Source: Octopus sinensis (Eukaryota). From it: a DNA stretch of 64,000 nt. How positions within the stretch are numbered: the stretch's first letter is position 1; every line of letters starts with the position of its first letter. The translations under genes were made by a program, and so were the position numbers. The notes under the pieces were generated by a model, which saw only the letters and a list, made by a program, of their open reading frames with translations, did not search any database and was not told the DNA's origin. The stretch lies in the NCBI RefSeq assembly GCF_006345805.1, contig NC_042998.1:137330001-137394000 (forward strand), in the 5' to 3' direction. Positions 53,261 through 64,000 of the stretch are shown piece after piece.

Positions 53261-54285
53261 ATCATCATCATTGTTTAACATCCGTTTTCCATGCTGGAAT
53301 GGGTTGGATGGTTTGACTGAGGACTGGCAGGCCAGTAGGCTGCACCGGGCTCCAGTCTGGTCTGGCAAGGTTTCTACAGCTGGATGCCCTTCCTAATGCC
53401 AACCACTCTGTGAGTGGAGTGGGTGCTTTTTACATTCCACCAGCACGAGAGCCAGTTGGGGAGGAGGGGCACTGTTATCAACTCACACTTGAAAGGTGCT
53501 TATTTTGTGCCACCAGCACAGGTGCCAGTCAGGCAGCACTGGCATCAGCCACAACTACAATTTCCATTTTGATTTCGATTTTGATTTTACTTTACTCAAT
53601 AAGTCTTCTCAAATGCAGTGTATCGCCAGTTGATTCAAGGGTATTTTTAAATGGGCTGGTTGGGTGACACTGGTATCGGCCACAGCTGTGATCTCACTTT
53701 ACTTGCCGGGTCTTCTCAATCACACCCTATCTCTCCAAAGATCTCGGTCTCTTGTCATTGTTTCTGTGAGGTCCAACGTTCGAAGGCCATGCTTCACCAC
53801 TTCATCCTATGTCTTCCTGGGTCTCCCTCTTCCATGGGTTCCTTCCACTGTTAGGGTGTGACACTTCTTCACACAGCTCTCCTCATCCATATGCAGCACA
53901 TGACCATACCAGTGCAGTTGTCTCTCTTGCATACCACATCTGATACTTCTTATGTGTAACATTTCTCTCAGGGCGCTTACACTCTGTCGTGTATGCACAC
54001 TGATATTACACATCCAGCAGATCATATTAGCTTCATTTCTTTCAAGCTTACATATGTCCTGGCCCATGTTTCACTGCTGTGTAGCATGACTGTTCGCACA
54101 CATGCATCATACAGTCTACCTTTCACTCTGAGTGAGAGGCCCTTCGTTACCAGCAGAGGTAGGAGCTTTCTGAACTTTACCCAGGCTATTCTTATTCTAG
54201 TGGCAACACTCTCAGAGCATCCACTCCCACTACAGACTTGGTTAACTAGGTATCAGAAGCTATCAACTACTTCTAGTACAGCATA
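53261..54285 (-). mobile_element. 5'-truncated RTE LINE (RT C-terminus plus 3' UTR)
   Basis: VVDSF*YL..RIRIAWVKFRKLLPLLVTKGLSLRVKGRLYDACVRTVMLHSSETW..LERNEANMICWMC..LHWYGHVLHM..GRGRPRKT, with (GAT)n tail. Confidence 0.9.
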
Positions 54286-54581
54286 CAGATGGAGACAGTG
54301 CTCTATTATTTTCTATGTTTCTCAGTTGTTTGTCCTCAACGTTTCGCCAATATATATGGCTAAAACGTTTCTATTGACATTGGGTATGAAAATCAATTTC
54401 CTTGAGAATTGTAATGAGAAGCTTTCTTCACAGATGCTTGAAGCCTATTTCAAACTCAATTAATCACATGATTTGATAAAATAGTACCTATTTATCTGAA
54501 AGATTATAATTGAAAATGAAGTCATCTACTTCACTTACTTTTGAACACCACTTATTTTATATATACATACATACACAAACA

Positions 54582-54667
<86 letters not shown>

Positions 54668-54673
54668 CAAATA

Positions 54674-55864
54674 CATGGTGTGAATGGTATCTGAGGACGG
54701 ATTTGTGGTTTTAAAAAAAACGCTTATATAATAACTGTATTTTTATAAAAATAACATAAACATAAAGCTAAATAATCAATTTAATAATTTCATCCAATGA
54801 AACTATCATAAGCATCAATAACTGCTTCTACACGGGGTCAAAATCGTTTGCAAGCTTGGATTAAGTGGTCCTTGTCCATATTAGACATGATTCGAACTAA
54901 GGTGGCTTTCAAAAAATTTTGGTGCTATGGGGGTGTTTATTGATATTTTTCTCAGTGATGCTTCATACACAGTAGTCCAGTGAATTGAGATCTGGAGAAT
55001 TAACAGACCAAATGTTGTGGGGTGATGTTATCATGCAAATTGTTGGCCATCCATTCTTGTGTCATTTGAGCCTTCCATTGCATACACTGTTGATCCAAGG
55101 CTTAACGACTTTATCCAGAACCTCAATATATGCAGCAGTATTCATCCTAAGGCCTTGAAAAAAGTGAGGAGGTATCACATGTCCTTCATTGCTGACAACA
55201 CCAAAAACCATGACACTTGCAGGAAATTTTATGTGCATTACTCTTGGAACCTCAGAAGGGTCTGCATCTGTCATTTCTTCTGTTAGTTTTCTGGTCCTGG
55301 TCAAAGATTTTCTCATCTGAGAAAAACTAAACCACACCATCTTCTGATGGATTTTAAAGTTTATTCAAAAGTCTTTTGGATCTGATTAAATGGTTTTCTT
55401 TTGTTTTTTGTTTTTTTCTGGCATGAATTGACCTCTCCTCTACATGTAAGATTTGTATCTGATATCTTCATGCACAACATTTCTGACTGTTTTTTTCTGA
55501 CACATGAAATTTTTTTGCAATTGACCTCATTGATTTTCCTGGATTGTCTTCAATCTTTTGCTTAACTTCCTGAATAAATTCAGGTGTCCTGAAAAAAATA
55601 GAGTGTTTGGAATGTTTTGTACAGTTTGATACAGGTAATACACTTCCATCTTCTTTCTATACCTCGCACTGAATCTTGTTGACAGAAAAATTTGTAACTT
55701 TCAGAAAACAAGAAATTTCTAAATCACCATGCTTAGCCTTCAAAGCCACAATCACAGCATGCCTTTTCATTTCATTGTTATTTTCTGAAATAGAAGTTCA
55801 ATAAAAGTTAGTCAAATAAAATAATGACTAAAAATACATGTCCTCAAATACTGTCTGGACCCTG
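54674..55864 (-). mobile_element. Second DD37D (maT-like) transposon with imperfect TIRs and TA flanks
   Basis: TA|catggtgtgaatggtatctgaggac..gtcctcaaatactgtctggaccctg|TA; KFPASVMVFGVVSNEGHVIPPHFF. Confidence 0.85.
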
Positions 55865-56099
55865 TATATAATATGCATGTGTGTGTGTAAATATTGGTCA
55901 CTCTATAACTAGACATAGACTTAACTATATATAAATATATATATACATATATATCTGGCAAGTTTTGCATTTATAGCATTTTCTATCATCAACCAGTTTT
56001 GCTATATTCATTTGACAACAGGATTGAATGTGCCATATGTTTAGTATTTATATCATCAAATAAGATATCTTACTGAAGGCTTACCTTAAACAATAGAAA

Positions 56100-56330
56100 T
56101 TCTGTGTTATCTGTCAAGTAGTATTTGATAGCAAGGTCTTTGTCTTGGATGGAGTTAAGCCTTTTCCTAAGGACACAGACCCCCACAGTTATAAAGAGAA
56201 AAGGCACCATGGTGTTCCCTTGAAGGACTCCCGCTGTTATTAGAAATTCTTTAGGTCAATACCTGATGGATTTTCATACATGATACTGATGACTTTGATA
56301 ATTTATATCTAGGCTCCAGATGTTCAAAAA
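56100..56330 (-). pseudogene. RTE-type RT core fragment
   Basis: IIKVISIMYENPS..TAGVLQGNTMVPFLFI (GVLQGDTLAPFLF-like). Confidence 0.55.
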
Positions 56331-56742
56331 ATTGAAAATAGTCTTCATGAAAGCATTTGAACTGTGATCATTATATCTTTTAAAAGCATTCCAAGACCAT
56401 CTCATCTTTTAAAAGTGTTCTAGCCATGACCATTCCACATTCTAAATACAATAGTCTTTTCTTAACTCCCAAATCTCCCTCATGTCACGCCCTACTATTT
56501 TTAGTTTTAAAAAAAAGCACATTGGATAATGTAATCCAAGATAGACTGCTTGAAAAATAAAAATTAAAAAATAGAATGATCATGAATTGAATACCTTCAA
56601 TCATGGTTCAGTCTGTTGGATCAGAGCTGACCTGGGATTAAACAACAAAAATGATAATTTTGAATCCAATTCAACATCTTAACTTTGATTCTTTTCCTGG
56701 GGATGGTATCTTTACAGCCATTCTCCTATTGGCATTACTTAC

Positions 56743-56851
56743 CAGCTATAAAGTTCTTGAAGGTATTTGTATAGTCTGAAGTGACCCTTTTCACATTCCT
56801 TTGTCGTTGAATATCAACTATAGATATCAACCTATATTTCCATGGTGTCAT
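56743..56851 (-). CDS. Candidate 109-nt exon (MTPWKYRLISIVDIQRQRNVKRVTSDYTNTFKNFIA+g)
   Basis: Acceptor tttctgatcacttcatttAG and donor CTG|GTAAGT. Single open frame starting at phase 0. No homology recognised. Confidence 0.25.
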
Positions 56852-58144
56852 CTAAATGAAGTGATCAGAAACTGTAATCACTTTCAGTCTCCCAGTTCTT
56901 CCATGAGAAGAACTGAGTTTTGCTATATCATATTAACAAAAAAACATCATGTAGTCACCATTTGATGCAATGAAAGCTTTCCATGCTATTTCATCTATCA
57001 ATGTTTTATCTGTTATAAACAATATAGAGTAAGAACATTGTGTTATGAAAGAATACACAGTTGTAATATGAACAGATAAAATGGCAGGTTCATTGAAGAT
57101 AACTTTATTTGTTTAAAGATTAAATATATGTATGTCTATTGAGCTTTAATAGTCTATATTTGATGAAATTAAATAAATATAATACAATGCACATATTTCA
57201 ATGGAAACTATATCTGAAAGCACATGACCAACCAAGCTATATCATCATCGGCGTTGTCAGCATCATCATCGGCATCATCATCATCATTGCTACCATGACC
57301 GCCACCGTTGTCATCATCATCATCATCATTATCATCATCATCATTATCATCACCAACATCACCATTAGCATTTTAATATCTACTTTTCCATGCAAGCATG
57401 GAAAAATAGATGTGAGTTAGTTGGAGCAAAGTTTTCTATGGCTGGATGCCTTTCATAACACCAACCTCAACCTGCTTCCAAGCAAGGTAATAATCTTTAT
57501 TTTTCATTCTGTTGAGCAACAAACAGCTGAGACATGATTATTCAGAGAACTGGAAACAAACAATGCCAACAGGATGAGCCTTTTGTTTGCAAAAGTCATG
57601 CAACATGTCAAGACACATCAAGATATAGATATGCAATAGGCTTCTTTCAGTTTGCATTTGCCAAATCCACTCAGAGCTATAGTAAAAAACACGTGCCCAA
57701 GGTGCTACACAGCAGAACTGAACTCAAAACCACATGGTTAAGAAGTAAATATCTTAACCCCACAACCATTGCCTGTGCCTAACAGTGTAAGCTTTTAATT
57801 TCACTGGAATGTTTAGCCAATGCTTTCAGTTTTCTGGTCTCAGTTATACATTCTAAAATAGTGTATCTTTCTTGAGTATTATAACTACATTACTCCTTGA
57901 TAAAGAATCTTCTAACTTTGTTTCATATTGTACATACATACGTGTGCATATATGTATCTACACACACACATATGTATATATAACACTATAATATAGCAAC
58001 ATCAAATGAGCAGCATTTATAACAGATAAACATTTGTAAATCTGTTATAAATTTAAAGACTGATTCATCATTAAAGAAAACTGTAAAATTTCAACATTAC
58101 AATCTTAATTATCCAATTTGTTATTCTTTTCTCTTACAACTCAC

Positions 58145-58199
58145 CTCTTTCTCTATTTTCCTGTTATCCTTCATGTTATTTCTGCTTGTAACTTTGCCA
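58145..58199 (-). CDS. Candidate 55-nt exon (xGKVTSRNNMKDNRKIEKE)
   Basis: Acceptor after a T-run (..actggccaactgcctAG) and donor GAG|GTGAGT. Ends at phase 0, compatible with 56743-56851. Confidence 0.22.
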
Positions 58200-58299
58200 C
58201 TAGGCAGTTGGCCAGTAAAAAAAAAACATATTATAAATTACACTCGTAGCAGCATACAGATATGCCTAAGCACACATACTTATGCACACACAAACACAA

Positions 58300-58301
58300 A
58301 C

Positions 58302-58350
<49 letters not shown>

Positions 58351-58440
58351 TAGACAGACAGATAGATAGATAGATAGATAGATAGAGATAGATAGATAGA
58401 TAGATAGATAGACAGGCAGACAGACAGACAGACAGACAAA
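58300..58440. repeat. (GACA)n/(GATA)n microsatellite
   Basis: Direct inspection. Confidence 0.95.
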
Positions 58441-58805
58441 TACTGAGGGAGTGAGAGAGAGAACTTGAGAGAGAGACTGACCCACTGGAATCTCCCTGCT
58501 CATGTCTTTCCTGCAGGTGTTGACTTGCAAACATAACATTAATCAATCTCAGCAGTCTGAGAGAGCTTGCAAGTGTCATGGTTGCTGCCACTTCCTTCTA
58601 GCTCTACCATTAAGACAGAAAAGGCTAGACAGAAGTACCATCCACCAACCATCACCGTCATACACACATACATAGCTCATTGTCATTGTCATCAGTGGCA
58701 GCAGTAACAGCAGAAGCAGTGGCAACAGCAGAGGCAGTGACAGCAGCAACAGTGTTGTCATCATCGTCATTGTCATCATTGTCATCATCGTTGTCATCAT
58801 TATCG

Positions 58806-58836
<31 letters not shown>

Positions 58837-59134
58837 TTAACATCTCATGCTGACATAGGCTGAATAGTTTGACAGGATCTGGTAGATTGAAGTCTGAGGA
58901 TTGAATCAAGCCCCAAAGTCTGCTTTGGCATGGTTTCTATGACTGGATGTCCTTCTTAATGCCAACCACTTTATGGTATTTTTTTAATGCTCTTTTTCAT
59001 AGCATCAGCACTTGTGAAGTTGCTTGCAAGTCTAAAATCCTTCAGCTGAGTGGAGTTACAATAAATCAACACACACACGTAAACTTATATATGTGCATGT
59101 TTATATATATATACACACACACACAAACACGCAC

Positions 59135-59532
59135 ACACATACATATACATATGAATTTATCCGTAAAAATATTGTTTTATACGCTCACCTCACATGCATA
59201 AACCACACTACAAATAGTTTCACATACATGGAAACCCAAGTACATTCTTCAGGCATGGACTATTCTTCCGAGCTAAGCAGTTTAAATAATGGACTGAATG
59301 TAAAACACCACGAAAATAACCTGAACAACCATTTGGTTGCTAGGGGGGTTTTTTTGTGCCGTTTTACATTCGGTCCATTATTTAAACTGCTTAGTTCAGA
59401 AGAATAGTCCATGCCTGAAGAATGTACTTGGGTTTTCATGTATGTGAAACTATTTGCAGTGTGGTTTATGCATGTGAGGTGAGTGTATAAAACAATATTT
59501 TTACGGATAAATTCATATGTATATGTATGTGT
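59135..59532. repeat. Fold-back element with about 180-bp inverted arms
   Basis: Arms about 59135-59316 and 59350-59532 with few mismatches; short spacer containing caacca-tt-tggttg. Confidence 0.9.
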
Positions 59533-59657
59533 ATGTGTATGTATACATATGTAAAACAACATATATATATATATATTTCTATTCCTGAGCGCTATACTAA
59601 TACATTTGTTTGTTGTACTCCACCTGCCTTCGTCTTTTTGTTTTTCGTAAACTTTCC

Positions 59658-59689
<32 letters not shown>

Positions 59690-59695
<6 letters not shown>

Positions 59696-59820
59696 TTTAT
59701 AGAAGGAGCTTCTACAGGACTAGAACCGTTTCATTCAATGAAATCATCAGGAAGCTTCCTGATGATTTCATTTGAATGAAACAGTTCTAGTCCTGTAGAA
59801 GCTCCTTCTATAAAATAAAT
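59690..59820. ncRNA. 131-bp palindrome encoding two hammerhead ribozymes, one per strand
   Basis: Centre AAGCTT (59752-59757). Plus: gcttc CUGAUGA t-ttca-tt-tgaa-t GAA acag-ttctagtc-ctgu A gaagc (cleavage after 59797). Minus mirror copy has an acgg/ctgt stem III (cleavage between 59713 and 59712). Confidence 0.7.
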
Positions 59821-59889
59821 TCATTTACTCTGCAATGTATTGAGTACCTTATTACTGTGGTTAACCCCGACTCAACCCGGGAACTACAT

Positions 59890-59941
<52 letters not shown>

Positions 59942-59995
59942 TATAACATATATATATATATATACATACAATATATATATATATATACATATATA

Positions 59996-60054
<59 letters not shown>

Positions 60055-60055
60055 A

Positions 60056-60095
<40 letters not shown>

Positions 60096-60239
60096 TTTAA
60101 TATTAATATTAATATTAAATTTTAGGGAAGTTATTTCCAAGTTCACAGGGGAGAGAAGTTCAATTTAGTGGTACTAAAATGAATTATTCACTGTATTATA
60201 TACATATATAAAGATAGGTTTAAGAGACAGAATCACCCT

Positions 60240-60990
60240 CAAGCAACTCAAGCATTACCTACTGTCTTCCTGATGCAGCTAACCATGGAGATCACTTCAA
60301 AGATGCTTTGTTGCCAATAAGTCAAACTCCAGATGAGCCCAGCCCACAAGCCAATGTACTTTTAACAGGGGACTTTAATTTTCCTAGTCTTAGCTGGCCG
60401 GAACACTATATCCAACTTGAAATTAAACAACTTAACAGAAGAGATATGAATGCTCTTTTTGATACCGCTAAAAACTTCCTCATGCAACAAATCATTACCC
60501 ATCCAACTAGGGAAAATAACATACTCGACATAGTTTTTACTATCAATATAGACTTCATTCACAATGTTTAGGTCATTCCAACAGCCATTTCCAACCACAA
60601 CATTATACAATTATCAAAGAGACAACACACACAAATAACATCAAGCATGACTCACTCCACATGAGTTTCAAGAAGGCAAAGTGGAAGGAAATGTAATAGA
60701 ATCAAACCAACAAATCAACTAAAGAATCAAATTCTCTCAACAGATGAGATGTGGGGGGGGGAGCATTGAACTGGATCTAAAACTGTCTCATGCAAAAAAG
60801 AAGCTTCTTTAAGAGAACAACAAGCAGTGTAAAATATAAAATCTATATCTAAGTTCTTCCACTTTGCTAAGCAAAAATCAGCTACACATAACCAGATTGT
60901 CCCTCTAATTAATCAAAATGGATCATGTACTAATGATTCATCACAAATATGCACATTCTTGCGTTGACATTATAACATTGCATTTTCCTA
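60240..60990 (+). pseudogene. CR1/L2/Jockey-group LINE APE endonuclease remnant
   Basis: VLLTGDFNFPSLSW, LMQQIITHPTRENNILDIVFT, ISNHNII (SDH-like). Confidence 0.75.
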
Positions 60991-61002
60991 ATCTATAGTT
61001 AA

Positions 61003-64000
61003 TGTTGTATAGTAAAACTGTACACCCCACCCCCTGGTAAAACGTGGTAGTAGCCAGCCATTACAAATAGTCCAGTAGCTGGTCAATAGTAGAAGGTTGA
61101 GAGTAGATGTAGACTGGCTGGCTAGTCATGTCTGTGTTGATATAGTAATTATACTGTGATACTGAGTTGGACGTTATAATGATCCAACCTTTTGATGATA
61201 ATAACACTGTACGACTGGTGCTCGATAGAAACATTCTATCAACAACTTTGGAATATAACAATATCTGTCAGAGCGACAACCATCATCAAAAGACTGATAC
61301 AACAGTGGTAAAAGACACTTTACAACAGTGGCAACAAGGAAAAACAAATTTACGTGTAGTGAAAAAAAAGCATTCACATGGAGATTTTAAACTAATTCAT
61401 GTGGAAAATTAAATACCTCAACAAAAAAGAAACAAAAATCTTGTGCAAACTTACAAAAATTATAAAATATGGAAGACTTATTAGCTGGGATAGTTGAGTT
61501 GCAAAAACAGCAACAACAACAACTCAAGGAACAACAAGGATTGCAGCAGTAAATGTTACAATTACTGAGGTTGATAACCAAACTGGAGAATACATTTTCA
61601 CCTGACCATGTAGCAAATTCCATAAGCAAATTCAAATATGACCCCAAGGAAGGGGTAACCTTCGATGCTTACTTTCGAAGATTTTAATAAATTTTTGAAA
61701 AAGAATTCTGTATTGGATGGACAATAGGAAAATGCATCTAGTATTAAGAAAACTAGTGACAGCATAAGATGAGAAGTATAGTAACTTCATATTGCTAAAA
61801 AAGAGCCTGACATAAATTTCACTGACACAGTTGATAGTTTGTGCTAAATGTTTAGTGGAAAAGAGCTCACTTTAATATTAGATAAAAATGTTTAAACATA
61901 GAAAAGAGTGAAGATGAAGACTTCACTACTTACACAGGCAGAGTCAACAAAGAATATGAGAGATTTAGGCTAGATATGCTTACTCCAGATTCTTTCAAAC
62001 GTTTGATTTTTGCACAAGGATTGACAGATATAAGGGAGGCAGAAATCCAAACGAATATTCTATCAAAACTGGAAATGAACTAGGCTTTGACATTGCAGAA
62101 ACTATCAGAAGAGTGTGACAGGATATTAAAATTAAGGCATGACATGGAAGAAATTCAATGGAAAGAGTGTTTCCACAAAAGACCAGTGCAAAAAAAGTCA
62201 GAAGACAAAAAAGTGTTGGAGGAAAAACAAAAAAAAATATCAGTATGTAGGCCCATGTACGGCATGTGGCGGGACTCACCAGAAAAAAGATTGTCCATAT
62301 AAAAAAGCAAAGTGTTTTCACTGCAGGTTTACAGGACATAAAATTGCACTGCAAAACTAGAATGATAGGAAAATGAAACAAACAAGAAAAATTAAACAGC
62401 TTGTCAGCAGGAAAAGTTGTAAATACAACAAACAGAAAATCTGTGAATGTGTCAGAATGCAGGTAGACACAAGAAGTGATATCATAATCATGAATGAGAA
62501 AACCTGGGAACAAATGGGTAAACCAAAATTATGTAGTTAAAACAAAATAGTGTACTGTGTTACAGGAAGAAAATTATATTCCATGGGTGAATGCACTTGT
62601 TCAAGGTTGAACCAAAAGAATGAATGTTTATGTGTTGAAAAAATCCATAAATTTATTTGGCACTGAACGTATGGACAAATTTAATTTATAGGACACACCC
62701 ATCAGCGCTTTGTGCAATAATGCAAACAGAGCAGTCAAACGATCAAACAAGGTCAAGAAACTGAAACAAAAAATGAACAAAACTTTCCCAAAAGTTTTTT
62801 TTAGAAGGTTTAGGCTGTTGCACAAAAACAAAAGCAAGAATTGCTATCAAAGAAAATTCAACACCTGTTTTCAGGCCCAAACAGAACTTGCCATTTGTGG
62901 CACTAGACTAGGTCAATAAAGAACTAGAAAGGTTGGAAAGCCTGAATATAATTGAATAGAATGACCATGCAGACTGGGCAGCACTGGCAATGTACATTAA
63001 AAAAATAATAATATGCTAAGAGTGTGTGCAGACTTCTCAACTGGGTTAAATGGCTGTTTACTCACACACAAGTAGCCACTTCCAAACCCAGAAGAAATTT
63101 TGCTAGACTAAACTGGAGGGAAATAAGTTTTTTGAAATTAGACCTCTCAGAGGCGTACCTTCAAATTCAGTTAGAGGAAGATTACACACATCTGCTAGCA
63201 ATCAATACACACTGTGGATTGTATAAGTTCAAAGAACTGTTGTTTGGGGTAAAAGTGGCACACATCATATTCCAACAAATAATGGCTGCAATGTTAAATG
63301 ATAGCAACTTTGCCATCACATACCTAGATAACATTCTGATAAAAAGGGAGTCTCGGGTGCAACATGTCGAACATATAAAGGAAGTATTCAAGAGAATAAG
63401 TGAATACGGACTTAAACTGACAGAAGTAAAATGTGAATTTTTTATGAAAAAAATAAAATACCTAAATCAAGTAATCAATGAAAGTGGATGCAAACTGGAC
63501 CCATCAGGAATGATGGCAATACGAAATATGCTGCCCCTGATGAACATGACAATGTTACAAGCATTCCTAGGCTTGGTAAACTATTACCAAGTGTATATAC
63601 TAAATATACATAAGGTAAGGGAACCACTTAATAAATAATTTGTAAAAAAGTCCAAATGGATTTGGACAAAGAAATACCAGAAATCATTTAAAGAGTTAAA
63701 AGATGTGTTAACTTCAGACTTGTATTTTATGCTTTTCGACCCAAAGTTAGAGATAATACTAGCTACAGATGCTAGCAAGTAAGGGATAGGAGCTGTGCTT
63801 CTACACAAGGATTACATGGGCAGAGGAAAGGCTATAGCTCACACATCAAAGACATTATTCTAGACAGAAAAGAGCTGTAGCCTGATTGAAAAAGAGGCGT
63901 TGGCTATTATATTTGATGTGAAAATATTTCAAGATGTTTTTGGTTGAAAATAGACCATAGATCTCTAATAACAATATACTGACCCAAGAAAGGAATCCAG
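61003..64000 (+). mobile_element. Ty3/Gypsy (Mag-like) LTR retrotransposon, decayed, continuing past the window end
   Basis: Putative LTR TGTTG..TAACA at 61003-61260 and a degenerate PBS (atctgtcagag). gag from 61469 (SISKFKYDPKEGVTFDAYF; CxxC..H..C and CxxC..GH knuckles), protease VDTRSD, RT LRVCADFSTGLN / KLDLSEAYLQI / YLDN, RNase H TDAS..GIGAVL..IEKEALAIIF. Confidence 0.9.

Overview
AT-rich eukaryotic genomic DNA, packed with microsatellites and transposons. The SINE/LINE repertoire and the TATG/TA/CA/GAT microsatellite load resemble a cephalopod (Octopus-like) genome; this is inference, not a database result. No complete host gene is visible. A set of short, partly phase-compatible candidate exons on the minus strand suggests the window may be mostly intronic. 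Recognisable elements: a near-intact Penelope-like element (RT + GIY-YIG, one 1-nt homopolymer frameshift) whose 3' pseudo-LTR carries a full Pol II promoter architecture; fragments of a second (Naiad-like) Penelope lineage; a DD34D mariner with TIRs and TA duplication; two DD37D (maT-like) elements; several Helitrons (a head-to-tail pair, a minus-strand copy and a deleted RepHel-bearing copy); fragments of R4/Dong-like, RTE, L1/Tx1 and CR1-group LINEs; a decayed Mag-like Ty3/Gypsy element running off the right end; and many tRNA-derived SINEs. The most unusual signal is a recurring class of fold-back inserts, most of them built from Penelope terminal (hammerhead-ribozyme) sequence. The best case is a 131-bp palindrome at 59690-59820 encoding a foldable hammerhead on each strand. 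All folding and alignments were done by eye.
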